DNA of 64,000 bases from Candidatus Eiseniibacteriota bacterium (GCA_963762255.1 CAVXKA010000002.1:800001-864000); one strand, 5' to 3'; shown: positions 53,051-62,965, counted from the stretch's first letter. Made by a program: numbers and translations. Notes: generated from the letters alone by a model not told the origin.

Positions 53051-53706
53051 GCGATGGCCGGACGATCGAGGCTGCCTGGCTCGGCCGCGTGGCCTACGCG
53101 GACGGCTTGCGCATGCAGGAGGAGCGGGTGGATGCGGTGCGCGAGGGCCGCGCCGCCGAGGCGCTCTTCCTGCTCGAGCACGACCCGGTCATCACTCTCG
53201 GTCGCAACGCCCACCGCGAGAACGTTGTGGCCTCGGAAGAGGCCCTCCGCAATCTAGGCATCGCCGTGGCGGAATGCGGGCGAGGGGGCGACGTGACGTA
53301 TCATGGACCCGGGCAACTCGTCGGGTACCCGATCCTCAATCTGGCCCCGGATCGCAAGGACGTTTGGAAATACGTGCGCGGCCTCGAAGAGGCGATCATC
53401 CTCACGCTCTCGGAGTACGATATCGAAGCCGGACGTATCCATGGGCTCACCGGGGTGTGGGCGGATGGGAACAAGGTGGCGGCGATCGGCGTCCGGGTGG
53501 CGCGATGGATCACGAGCCATGGGTTCGCGTTGAACGTGGCTCCGAATCTGGGGCATTTCGCGACGATCGTCCCCTGCGGCATCCGCGACCACGGAGTGAC
53601 CAGCATGGAGCGGCTTCTACCGGCTCCGCCCCCTCTCGTGGAGGTGGCACAGCGCTTTGCACCGCATTTCGCCGCAATCTTCGGCCGCGACCTGGAATGG
53701 AGATGA
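53047..53706 (+). CDS. lipB: Octanoyltransferase
   Basis: LLEHDPVITLG, RGGDVTYHGPGQLVGYP, KVAAIG, HGFALN, IVPCG. Confidence 0.95.
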   Translation: MSDGRTIEAAWLGRVAYADGLRMQEERVDAVREGRAAEALFLLEHDPVITLGRNAHRENVVASEEALRNLGIAVAECGRGGDVTYHGPGQLVGYPILNLAPDRKDVWKYVRGLEEAIILTLSEYDIEAGRIHGLTGVWADGNKVAAIGVRVARWITSHGFALNVAPNLGHFATIVPCGIRDHGVTSMERLLPAPPPLVEVAQRFAPHFAAIFGRDLEWR

Positions 53707-53707
53707 G

Positions 53708-54607
53708 ATGACCGTACCGAAATCCCCCACCGACCGCCGTCCGGAGTGGATCAAGATCCAACTGCGCAACACCGATGAGTTCCGTGAAGTGAAGTCGCTG
53801 GTCAAGGGACTCAAGCTCCACACCGTGTGCGAGGAGGCGCGCTGCCCCAACGTCTTCGAGTGCTGGGGACGCGAGAAGACCGCGACCTTCATGGTGATGG
53901 GCGGTATCTGCACGCGTCACTGCACCTTCTGCAACGTCGAGAAGGGGCAGCCCGGCTACCTGGATCCGGAGGAGCCGGCCCATGTGGCGGAGGCGGTGAA
54001 GGTGCTGGGCCTTCGCCACGCAGTGATCACCCAGGTGAACCGCGACGATCTTCCAGACGGCGGGGCCGCGCACTTCGCTCGGACCATCTCCGAAATCCGC
54101 GCGCTATCGCCCGAATGCCGGGTCGAGGTGCTGATCAGCGATCTCCAGGGCGACTGGGACGCGCTGGAGACCCTTCTCGACGCGCGTCCCGACGTCCTCG
54201 CCCACAACATCGAATGCGTCAAGCCGCTCTACCGTCGCGTGCGGCCGTATGCCGTGTACGAGCGCACGCTGGAACTGCTGGAGCGGGCGGCCCGGGCTCG
54301 CGGCAAGCGCATCCGCGCCACCAAGTCGGGAATCATGGTGGGCCTCGGCGAGACCGTCGACGAGATCATGGACCTGATGCGCGATCTCCGTCGCGCGGAC
54401 GTGGACATCTTCACCGTGGGGCAGTATCTGCAGCCCACGAAGAAGCACCACCCCATCCTCAAGTACTACACGCCGGAGGAGTTCGAGCGGCTCCGCGAGC
54501 TGGGGATGGAGGCGGGATTCAAGTACGTGGAGTCGGGACCGCTGGTGCGGTCGTCCTACCACGCGGGGCGGGCGACGGCAGCCATGGATGTCCTGCTCGC
54601 CGACTAG
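53708..54607 (+). CDS. lipA: Lipoyl synthase
   Basis: CEEARCPNVFEC, CTRHCTFC, RDDLPDGGA, GQYLQP, RSSYHA. Confidence 0.96.
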   Translation: MTVPKSPTDRRPEWIKIQLRNTDEFREVKSLVKGLKLHTVCEEARCPNVFECWGREKTATFMVMGGICTRHCTFCNVEKGQPGYLDPEEPAHVAEAVKVLGLRHAVITQVNRDDLPDGGAAHFARTISEIRALSPECRVEVLISDLQGDWDALETLLDARPDVLAHNIECVKPLYRRVRPYAVYERTLELLERAARARGKRIRATKSGIMVGLGETVDEIMDLMRDLRRADVDIFTVGQYLQPTKKHHPILKYYTPEEFERLRELGMEAGFKYVESGPLVRSSYHAGRATAAMDVLLAD

Positions 54608-54629
54608 CGCCTCATTGGATGACGACGCA

Positions 54630-57200
54630 CTAGGGCAGCGGCGGTTCCTCGCCCCATCCGCGCGGCAGGTATTCGGGCGGGACCAGCATGAGCGGTCGTC
54701 CGGGCGCGTTCACCATCCCGCGCAAGTAGACCTCTTCATAGGGAACGACTGTGTCGATTCGCGCCGCGTCGCCGCCCGCCGACGCTAGCGACCGCGCCAA
54801 AGTGCGGATCCCTGGAATCTGCGGAAGAAGCTGCGGCAGCGAGAAGAGCTTTCGCGGCGGATACTCGGTGATGACGACCTCGTCATTCGGATCCAGTCCG
54901 GCCAGCGCTTTGGCCTCCTGAATGGCCGCGTCGAGCCCCCCGAAGCGATCGGCGAGACCGCGCTCCATGGCGTCGCCCCCCATCCAAACCCGGCCTTCGG
55001 CGATCTCGCGCACGCGCTCCTCGGTGAGGCCGCGCCCTTCGGCCACTCCCATCACGAACGCGTCGTACTCTTCGAGGATGAGGCGCTTGACCATCTCGCG
55101 CTCCTCGTCGGTGACCGCGCGCTCCGGAACCACGCCGTCGATGAGCGGGATGCGGATGCCGGTGAAGAGGTCCGCGTGCTTGCCGCGCTGCACCCCGTCG
55201 GCGGTGAATCCGAACTTCTCGCTGAAGCCCTCGTCCCAGATCCAGCCGGCGATGATGCCGATGGAACCGGTGATGGTGAGCGGTGTGGTGAGCACCTTGC
55301 TCCCGTTCATGCTGATCCAGTACCCGCCGGAGGCGGCCACGTCTCCCTGGCTCACCACGACCGGTTTTCCCTTCTCCCTGAGCTTGCGGGTTCCCTCCGC
55401 CACGAGGTCGCTGGGCAGTGGATCGCCGCCCGGTGAGTCCGCGCGCAGCACCACGGCGCGCACGTCTCGGTCACGGATGAGACCGCGCATGTACTTTCCG
55501 GTCGCGCGGCCTCGGATCCCCGAGTCCATCGCACACTCGCCCACCGCGTAGACGACCGCGATCTCCGGCGGCTGACCCCAGCGCTCGTCGGAGAACGAGC
55601 GCCGATCGGAAGCGCCGGGCAGACCGCCCACCCGCAGGCTGCCTTCCTTGCCCAGCCGCTCGGTGAGGTCGGGCCATCGGCCGAGACGATCCACGAGGCC
55701 GAGTGCCAGCGCGCGCTTCGCGAGCAGGAACACCTCGTCGTTCACAACGGCATCGAACGCTTCCGCGGAGAGCCCGCGCCCTTCGCACACCCCTTCCCGC
55801 CACGTCTCGTAGATCACGTCCACCAGGCGGCCGAGCTGCTCCCTGTCCGCCTCCGACATGTCGGCACGCGAGAAGGTCTGGAACGCGGTCTTGTGGGAGA
55901 GGAACCGCCATTCCTCCGCTCCGAGTCCCAGCTTCTCCAGCGCGCCTCGGAGATAGGTGCGGTGCACGGCGAGACCGGGGAGCATGAGATCGCCCTGCGG
56001 GTCGAGCGTGATGTCGTCGGCGACCGAGGCCAGGTAGAGCCCGCTCATGTCGAGGCGGTCGGCGTAGACATGGATGCGCTTGCCGGCCGCGCGAAGCTCC
56101 TCCAGCTTCCCGCGTAGCTCCCATACGAGCGAGGGGCGTCCGCGGAAACTCGACAGGTTGATCGCGACGCCGGCCGCACCCGGCTCGTCGCGGATCGCGT
56201 CGAGGGTGCGCGCGAGATCGATCCAGGCAATGTGCCTGTCGTCGAACCAGCGGTCCTTCTGGTACGTCAGCACCTTGTTCTCGAGATCGAGCGGAACGAC
56301 GGTGTTCGCGGCGAACCGCTTGCGTAGTTCCCTACCCACAGGGATCCCCCGATACGGGGGTTGCACTCGCACGAGGTAACTCGTGGACTCGTGGTCGAAG
56401 TCCTCGCTTCGACGTCCGATCGCGTGGACGCCCGCTCCGTCAAAGGTCACGCCGAGGCCGACGTGGTACCGCACGTCCTCATCGTCGGCGTCCCTTACCT
56501 TGAAGGTCATGTCCACGCCGCGGACGGGACGCACCTCGATGCCCCCACCCCATGCCTCGGCTCCACCGGTCGGCCGGCGCAGCGTGTAGTCGGCGAATAG
56601 CGTGACGAGCGGCGTGCCGAGCGGGCGGACACCGACATCGATAATCCCTTCGCGGAAACCGTCGTCGCCGGTGAAGAACCCCGACAGCCCGACGCTCGTG
56701 CGCCGGTCCGGCCGGACGAGGGCGCCGAGCACGAGACCGCCGTCGACATCGAAGCGCTCGAGATCGCCGCCGTGCCATCGCCACGCCGCGCCGACGTGGG
56801 CGCGACGGTCGCCCGCGGCGAATCCTAGCTGGTAGGTGCGCAGGCGCGACTCGGGTCCCGAGCCTCTGTCATAGCCGCGACTGTCCATCGCGAAGCCGAG
56901 CGGCCCGCCGAGCGACAGCCCCCAACTGGCGCGATCGCCTTCACCGGCCTTGTGCGGAGTCAGCCAGGCCGCGAGCTCCCCCCGTCCCATGGCCCACGCC
57001 GCGGGATTGTAGAAAGCTCCCGGCGCTCCGGCGGTTACGCCGGGACTCTGGGGGAGGAAGTCGGAGGTCTCGGGGTAGCTGAAGCCCGAGTCCCCAGCGA
57101 AGACGAGACCGGCAACGCTCATGGCCCATGGGATGACCAGCGCGGGAATCAATCGACGCGACGACACGATCCTCGGATGGCGGCGAAGTCGAAGATGCAT
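54630..57200 (-). CDS. sppA: SppA (S49 peptidase, tandem domains) with N-terminal predicted beta-barrel domain
   Basis: C-terminal DSPGG, DVAASGGYW, TGSIG, GRVW.G; first S49 domain with HKTA; N-terminal ~300 aa of amphipathic strands with FYNPAA; start uncertain. Confidence 0.82.
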   Translation of the reverse strand: MHLRLRRHPRIVSSRRLIPALVIPWAMSVAGLVFAGDSGFSYPETSDFLPQSPGVTAGAPGAFYNPAAWAMGRGELAAWLTPHKAGEGDRASWGLSLGGPLGFAMDSRGYDRGSGPESRLRTYQLGFAAGDRRAHVGAAWRWHGGDLERFDVDGGLVLGALVRPDRRTSVGLSGFFTGDDGFREGIIDVGVRPLGTPLVTLFADYTLRRPTGGAEAWGGGIEVRPVRGVDMTFKVRDADDEDVRYHVGLGVTFDGAGVHAIGRRSEDFDHESTSYLVRVQPPYRGIPVGRELRKRFAANTVVPLDLENKVLTYQKDRWFDDRHIAWIDLARTLDAIRDEPGAAGVAINLSSFRGRPSLVWELRGKLEELRAAGKRIHVYADRLDMSGLYLASVADDITLDPQGDLMLPGLAVHRTYLRGALEKLGLGAEEWRFLSHKTAFQTFSRADMSEADREQLGRLVDVIYETWREGVCEGRGLSAEAFDAVVNDEVFLLAKRALALGLVDRLGRWPDLTERLGKEGSLRVGGLPGASDRRSFSDERWGQPPEIAVVYAVGECAMDSGIRGRATGKYMRGLIRDRDVRAVVLRADSPGGDPLPSDLVAEGTRKLREKGKPVVVSQGDVAASGGYWISMNGSKVLTTPLTITGSIGIIAGWIWDEGFSEKFGFTADGVQRGKHADLFTGIRIPLIDGVVPERAVTDEEREMVKRLILEEYDAFVMGVAEGRGLTEERVREIAEGRVWMGGDAMERGLADRFGGLDAAIQEAKALAGLDPNDEVVITEYPPRKLFSLPQLLPQIPGIRTLARSLASAGGDAARIDTVVPYEEVYLRGMVNAPGRPLMLVPPEYLPRGWGEEPPLP

Positions 57201-57298
57201 GAACACCCCCCACGGCGTGACACGGCCCGGACAGCATCGGGCATGGTCGCCTCTCCGCTCGGCCTCGTCAACACCCGGCGGAGACAAGCGTCGGGGCT

Positions 57299-58114
57299 CT
57301 ACTTCCCCGAAGCATCCATCTTGGGCATCTCCTTCTTTTTGTAGCCGGCCGGAACGTCGAAGACTCCCGCCGGCGGGGCGTCATGAGTGATCGACTCGAT
57401 GAGCGTCTCGTGCGCGACCTTGCCGTCCTCCATCCGCTCGCTGAGGATCGGCACTCCGTCGATTTCGCCCCCTTCCGACCATGGGTTCGCTGTGCCTTTC
57501 GCGAACTGCGAAAGTCGCGACGTCATCGACTCGAACATCTTGCCCATCTTCGTGAACACCGCCATGTCGGCCTCGGATACCTTGACCGCCCCCAGTGGTG
57601 CGGCCCAGATCCGGCTCTCGACCGTACCGCCCCGACTGACGTCGAAGCGCGCACACGAGAAGCCGCTGACCGACTTCGACTCGCCCGTCTTGGTGACCTT
57701 GCGCTCCCCCTGCTCCGGCCCTGCGTCCCCTTTCAACTTGGCCATCTGCTTCTCCATCATCTGGCGCTGCTCCGGAGGGAGATTCGCCATCGCCTCCTTC
57801 ATCCGGGAGTCCACCTGATCCAACTGCTTGGCCATCTGGTCCAAGGTGGCCTTGTCGATGATCGTGTACGACTTGTCCTTGTCGTCGATCATCCAGAGCG
57901 TCTGCTTCTCGGCATCGAAGATCATATGGGCCCCGGACGACTTGTCCTTGCCCTGCTGCCAAACGGTGGCGAGCTTGTCGGCGGTTGCGTACATCGTGCC
58001 GGTCGTCCGGTCCTTCTCCCCAGGCTTGCCGGTACTCATGACGATGGTCACGTCGGCCAGAGCCGGCGCGCTCCAGAACGCGGCGGTCAGGACAACGAAC
58101 AGTAGACGTTTCAT
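57299..58114 (-). CDS. Exported DUF4412-like protein
   Basis: Signal PALA; MIDDKDKSY, KTGESKSVSGFSC, FDVPAGYK. Confidence 0.75.
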   Translation of the reverse strand: MKRLLFVVLTAAFWSAPALADVTIVMSTGKPGEKDRTTGTMYATADKLATVWQQGKDKSSGAHMIFDAEKQTLWMIDDKDKSYTIIDKATLDQMAKQLDQVDSRMKEAMANLPPEQRQMMEKQMAKLKGDAGPEQGERKVTKTGESKSVSGFSCARFDVSRGGTVESRIWAAPLGAVKVSEADMAVFTKMGKMFESMTSRLSQFAKGTANPWSEGGEIDGVPILSERMEDGKVAHETLIESITHDAPPAGVFDVPAGYKKKEMPKMDASGK

Positions 58115-58195
58115 GTGTGGGTTCCCCTCCTGCGAAAGAGCCGATTCCGACGCTGGATCGTACCAGGGGAGGGCCGGCGCGCCCAGACCCGCCGC

Positions 58196-58246
58196 GTCTT
58201 GACGCGTTCCTTACGGCCGACGCCCGGTCTTGACGCCCTCCTTACA
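58196..58246 (+). repeat. Two 19-bp direct repeats GTCTTGACGC(GT/CC)TCCTTAC, 31 bp apart; putative response-regulator boxes
   Basis: 58196-58214 and 58227-58245 match at 17/19; -10-like TAGGAT at 58257-58262. Confidence 0.75.
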
Positions 58247-58318
58247 TCCAGGTGGCTAGGATGACCCATGGGGGATCGCGCCGACGCGTCGGCGATCCAC
58301 CCACAGGAGTCGTCCACG

Positions 58319-60189
58319 ATGCGAAGCCTTCGACAGAAGCTGCTCATCTCCTACGCCTTGCTGGTCCTCGGCACGCTGGGCATGGCCGGCTGGAGCATCT
58401 ACTACTTCGGAGTGCTCGGCCAGTCGGTCCGACTCATCCTGCTGAACAACTACCGCAGCGTGCTGGACGCCCAACAGATGAAGGAGGCCCTCGAGCGCCA
58501 GGACAGCGCCATGCTCTTCACCCTCGCCGGAGACACGTCGAGAGCGATGGAGCAGTACGAGACGAACCGGCGTCGCTTCGATTCGCATTTCGCCGACGCG
58601 GCGGCCAACATCACCGAGACCGGCGAGCCCGAAATCATCCACGACATCGACGTTCTCTCGGAACGATTCGCTCAGCGCGCCGACCAGTTTCTCAAGGGAA
58701 CGGGACTCTCCCCCGCGGCTCGTCGCCGGCTCTACTTCGATGAGCTCGATCCGACGTTCACGCGACTCAAAAACCGCTGCGACGACCTGTTGACGATCAA
58801 CCAGGAGGCGATGGTGCGGGCGCAGCACCGCGCGGAGCAGCAGGCGGCCGACGCCCGCCGCGCTGCGTTCCTGGTCGCGGCGGGCCTGCTTCTCGTCGGC
58901 GTGGTGTCCGCTGTCAACTTCTCCCGGGCCCTGGTGGCGCCGTTGCGCAGGCTCGCGGCAGCCGCCGAGCGGATCGGCGAGGGGGACCTCGATTCCCACA
59001 TCGAGGTCCGGACGCAGGACGAGGTGAGGACGCTGGCGACGGCCTTCAATATCATGGCCGATCGCTTGAAGGCGTATCGGGACCGCGAGGCCGCCCGCCT
59101 GCGCGTGGCGGAGAAGAAGTCAGATGCGGTGCTCAACAGCCTCTACGAGCCCGTCATCGTGACCGGATCGCAGGGGGAAGTGATCGGCTACAACCGTGCC
59201 GCTGGCGCCTTGGTCGACGCCCCGTTGGGGTGGATCGACCGACCGGTGGAAGCGGCCGGGATTCCGCCGATCGCGAACGCCGTGCGGGAGGCCATCGCTC
59301 GGGGCGCGCCCGTGGCTCCCGAGGGCGAGCGGGGGTTGGCCCGCATCGCAAGGGGCGGGGTCGAGACCTTCTATCACGTGCGAACGGCTCCCGTCGTCCT
59401 CGAAGCGGGCACCGTCGTCGGGACCGTCACCGTGCTCGAGGACGTGACCCAGCAGCGTCAGCTCGACCGTATGAAGGACGACTTCATCTCGGTGGCTTCC
59501 CACGAGCTACGTACGCCGCTGACCTCGATGCAGATGGCGGTGCACTTGCTCGCCGAGGGTTCGGCGGGGCCCTGTCGGCCCCCCAGGCGCGCCTCGTCGA
59601 AATCGCGGTGGCCGACGCGGAGCGGCTCGAACGGCTCACCCACGATCTTCTCGATCTGAACCGCCTGGAGGCGGGAACGGTCGTTCTGACTCCGCGTCCG
59701 ATCCTCGCGGGCGACATCATCACCATGGCGTTGAAGCCGCTCGAGCCGGTGGCCGCCGATCGACGGATCTCCATGACCGTCTCTGCAAGCCCCGAGCTTC
59801 CCGCGGTGATGGGAAGCAACGAGCACCTGGCGCGGGTCGTCACGAATCTGGTGCACAACGCCTTGCGCCACACTCCCGCCGGCGGGCGCGTGGATGTTTC
59901 CGCCCGCGTCGCAGACCGATGGATGGAGTTCACGGTAGAGGATACCGGCGAGGGCATTTCCGCCGAGCACCTGCCGCTGCTGTTTCAGCGTTTCGTGAAG
60001 ATCCCCGGTGCGACACCCGGTGGGGCGGGCCTCGGTCTGTCCATCGCGCGCAGGATCGTCGAGGCCCATGGCGGCACGATCGCCGTGGAATCCACGGTCG
60101 GGCGCGGCTCGAAGTTTCGTTTCACAGTCCCGCTCGCCGGCGCCGCCGCGAGCGGACCATCTCCGATCCCGGAGAAAGGAGCGGCGTGA
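58319..60189 (+). CDS. Membrane sensor histidine kinase (four-helix sensor, HAMP, PAS-like, HisKA, HATPase), split by a frameshift near 59566-59572
   Basis: Two TM helices, [24 protein letters not shown]; second frame NLVHNA, DTGEGI, LFQRF, GLGLSI. Confidence 0.88.
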
Positions 60190-60983
60190 TGTCCCCATCC
60201 CGAGTTCTCATCATTGACGACGAATCGAATATCCGCGAGACGATGCGCCTCGCGCTCGAAGCGGCGGGTCACACTGCCGAGACGGCGGCGGACGGCCCCG
60301 CGGGTCTGGAGCGCTTCGGCTCCGGAGCGGAGTGGGACCTGGTGCTGCTCGACCAGCGCATGCCGGGGATGGACGGCATCGAGGTGCTACGGCGCATCCG
60401 CGAGATCAAGCCGGATGCGGAGGTCATCATGGTGACGGCGTTCGCGACGGTCGATCTGGCCGTAGACGCAATGAAGGCGGGCGCGATGGACTTCCTTCGA
60501 AAGCCGTTCACACCGGACGTGCTTCGCCGAGCGGTGGCGGCGGGAATCGAGCGCAATCGCGTCGCCGCGGCCGCACCGGCTAAACCGTCGGCTCCATCCC
60601 CCGGCCTCCTCCGCACGGGCTTCCGCAGCCTCGACGGCTACCGCTTCTGGCCCGCGCCGGATGTCGCGTCATCGGGCATCACGGTAACCGGCGCGCTCCG
60701 ACGTGCGTTCGTGGTGGCCTCGCCCCAGGGGCTGACGGAGCGCTGCACGCTGGTCCTGTCCGGGCGCGCGGTCGAGGCCGTGCTCCGGATCGCCGGGGAA
60801 AGCAACGTGCCCGCCGGTCGCGTCTCGGACGCGGCGGCCTGGGCCGTACTCATGAGCCGCCTGTGGGAGCAACGGGGCATGCCTCCCACGTCGATCGAGG
60901 TCGCCGATCTTACGCGACAGCACATCGAGGTATTGAAGGGCCTGTTGAAATCCTCGCCGGAAGTCTGGGGGCGGACGGGATGA
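60189..60983 (+). CDS. Response regulator receiver plus uncharacterised C-terminal domain
   Basis: LIIDDE, LLDQRMPGMDG, VTAFAT, RKPF; TGATG overlap with the kinase stop. Confidence 0.88.
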   Translation: MSPSRVLIIDDESNIRETMRLALEAAGHTAETAADGPAGLERFGSGAEWDLVLLDQRMPGMDGIEVLRRIREIKPDAEVIMVTAFATVDLAVDAMKAGAMDFLRKPFTPDVLRRAVAAGIERNRVAAAAPAKPSAPSPGLLRTGFRSLDGYRFWPAPDVASSGITVTGALRRAFVVASPQGLTERCTLVLSGRAVEAVLRIAGESNVPAGRVSDAAAWAVLMSRLWEQRGMPPTSIEVADLTRQHIEVLKGLLKSSPEVWGRTG

Positions 60984-61012
60984 TCCCGGCCGCCGCCGTG
61001 GACGGCCGGGAT
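60983..61012. terminator. GC-rich hairpin between convergent genes
   Basis: ATCCCGGCCG-ccgccgtgga-CGGCCGGGAT. Confidence 0.5.
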
Positions 61013-61033
61013 TGAGGGGTTCAGAGATGCCGG

Positions 61034-62965
61034 TTACCCTCCGAGCATCACGACCTTGAGCGCGCTCGATCCGTCGCCCGTGGCGAGCCGCGCGTAGTAG
61101 ATCCCTCCGCCAAGCCGTGCGCCGCGATCGTCCCGGCCGTCCCAGGTCACGCCGGTGGCTCCGGCGCCGGCGTCGCCGTCGAAGAGCCTGCGCACCAGGC
61201 GTCCGGCGACGTCGTACACATCGAGTCGTGCGCGACCCGATCGAGGCAGCGAGAACACGATCCGCGTTGAGGCCGCGAACGGGTTTGGACTCGCCTGGCG
61301 CAGGCGGGCAACCTCGATGAGTTCGCCTCCGTCCGCGACCGCGGTGGGTTCGTTGAAGGAAACGTCCAGGAACGGGCGCGATGTTCCCATCGTGTTCGCG
61401 AGCGCGGGCATGCCGCTCGCCGGCGGCGCCGCTGCATCGCCGTCGCGGAAAGTCACGTAGTCGGCGCCGGTGCTGCTCCCCGTGTGCGGGAACGAGATAC
61501 GGAACTGGGTCAGACCCCGGTCGTTGATCGCGACGAGGCCGGCAGCGGTGAGATCCACACGCACTGCATAGTTGTTCGCCTTGGCCGACCCGATCACGAA
61601 GCCGGCGTCCGACGCGTCGGCAGCCGCGGTCGCATCGCTCGGCTCGAGCGCGGCCGCCCCGAAGCTCCCCCGCACGACGTCCACGAGAGGAGTCCCCAAG
61701 AGGCCGGAGGTGAACGGGTTCGTGCCGGTCGCCGCGTCGCGGATGAGGTAGAGGCTCGCCGAGGTCACAACGGCGCCGTCGGGAAGCGCCGAGGTATCGA
61801 AGGAGACGATGCCGCGCACGAGCGAGGGGCCGTCGTCCCCCACCCGGACGCCGTCGGCGCCGGTCACCGTCGCGTTCGTCCACCCGTCCTCGACTCCCCC
61901 ACGCGCGAAGAACGTGGCCATGGGCGCGCCACGGAACTCGGGGAAGAAGTGCGTCTGGGTCTCGTTGGTGATCTTGTATTGATAACCCTCGTAGTCGAGG
62001 TGAATCGGATCGGCGTCGATGCCGTTCGGCACCCGGAAGCAGGAGCGCAGCGACGGCCGAACCGGGTTCCCGCCCGGGAACGGCGCGAAGAGGGGCGGCA
62101 GTTGGCCGGGATACGGCAGCGTCTTGGCCGCGGCCACGCCGTCGCCGTAGAAGTAGTGCATGAGCCCCACCGCGTGATCGAAGAGGAGCCGCGGGTTCGC
62201 GTTCACCCATCCCGCGCGCTGCGTCTCCACTCGCACCATCATGTCGTTGAGTTCGACGTCGGTGATGAGGTCGTTGACGGGATCGCGGCTCAGGTCGCGG
62301 CGCTTGGGACACGCGTAGAGAAAGCACCAGAACCCCACGTTGAAGTTCGGGTAATCGTAGCTCGACAGGATCACCCGAATATCGGGGCGCACGGCGGTAA
62401 GGGCGTCGACGATGATCTCCGTGTCCGCGCGAATGCGGTCGAAGAGGGCGGCCTCGGAGCCCGCCACGTCGAGATCCATGTCCTTGTACCAGCCGCCGTC
62501 CGGCTTCCCGGCAAGGACGTCGTTGCCGTCGACGCTGAGCACCACGAGGTCGATCTCGGGGTTCGCCTGGAGCGCGGCCACCGTGTTGGCGATCCATGGA
62601 TAATTCGCTGTGTCCACCCACTGGCGCGCCTCGCTCCCCGAGATCGCGTACTCGGGACCGGTGTAGCCGGGCCCGGGATCGGATCCCAGTGAGAGGCTCA
62701 CCGCGCGCTTGTCCGCATGGCCGAAGCGATCGAAGACGTCGTTGTGGGAGCCGTCGTCCCACATGTACTGCGCCCAGCTATCCCCTGCGATGAGCACGCG
62801 GACATGCGTCGCCGCCGCGGGCAGGAGTGGAATGGGTGCGTTGGCAAGCGGGTTGGGCGGCGTCCTCTCTTCGAGGACGCGGAAGTCCTGGGCGGAGATC
62901 GGCCGCGTGAGGACAGAAGTCAGAAGCAGGGCGGCGAGACCGAGAGACCGGAGCGCGCGAAGCAT
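61034..62965 (-). CDS. Secreted SGNH/GDSL hydrolase with DNRLRE-like domain and FlgD-Ig/T9SS-like tail
   Basis: Signal peptide; GDSW, DGND, DPIH blocks; RGIVSFDTSALP..VTSASL; tail PNPF..YDVAGR..WDGRD..GIY..KVVM. Confidence 0.78.
   Translation of the reverse strand: MLRALRSLGLAALLLTSVLTRPISAQDFRVLEERTPPNPLANAPIPLLPAAATHVRVLIAGDSWAQYMWDDGSHNDVFDRFGHADKRAVSLSLGSDPGPGYTGPEYAISGSEARQWVDTANYPWIANTVAALQANPEIDLVVLSVDGNDVLAGKPDGGWYKDMDLDVAGSEAALFDRIRADTEIIVDALTAVRPDIRVILSSYDYPNFNVGFWCFLYACPKRRDLSRDPVNDLITDVELNDMMVRVETQRAGWVNANPRLLFDHAVGLMHYFYGDGVAAAKTLPYPGQLPPLFAPFPGGNPVRPSLRSCFRVPNGIDADPIHLDYEGYQYKITNETQTHFFPEFRGAPMATFFARGGVEDGWTNATVTGADGVRVGDDGPSLVRGIVSFDTSALPDGAVVTSASLYLIRDAATGTNPFTSGLLGTPLVDVVRGSFGAAALEPSDATAAADASDAGFVIGSAKANNYAVRVDLTAAGLVAINDRGLTQFRISFPHTGSSTGADYVTFRDGDAAAPPASGMPALANTMGTSRPFLDVSFNEPTAVADGGELIEVARLRQASPNPFAASTRIVFSLPRSGRARLDVYDVAGRLVRRLFDGDAGAGATGVTWDGRDDRGARLGGGIYYARLATGDGSSALKVVMLGG

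Noticed and set aside
58196-58245. Direct repeats as a mini CRISPR array
   Set aside because: Only two 19-bp copies with a 12-bp spacer and no cas genes
38005-59585. Programmed frameshifting in rsgA and the histidine kinase
   Set aside because: No canonical slippery heptamer or stimulatory structure; both are single-base losses in short G/C runs
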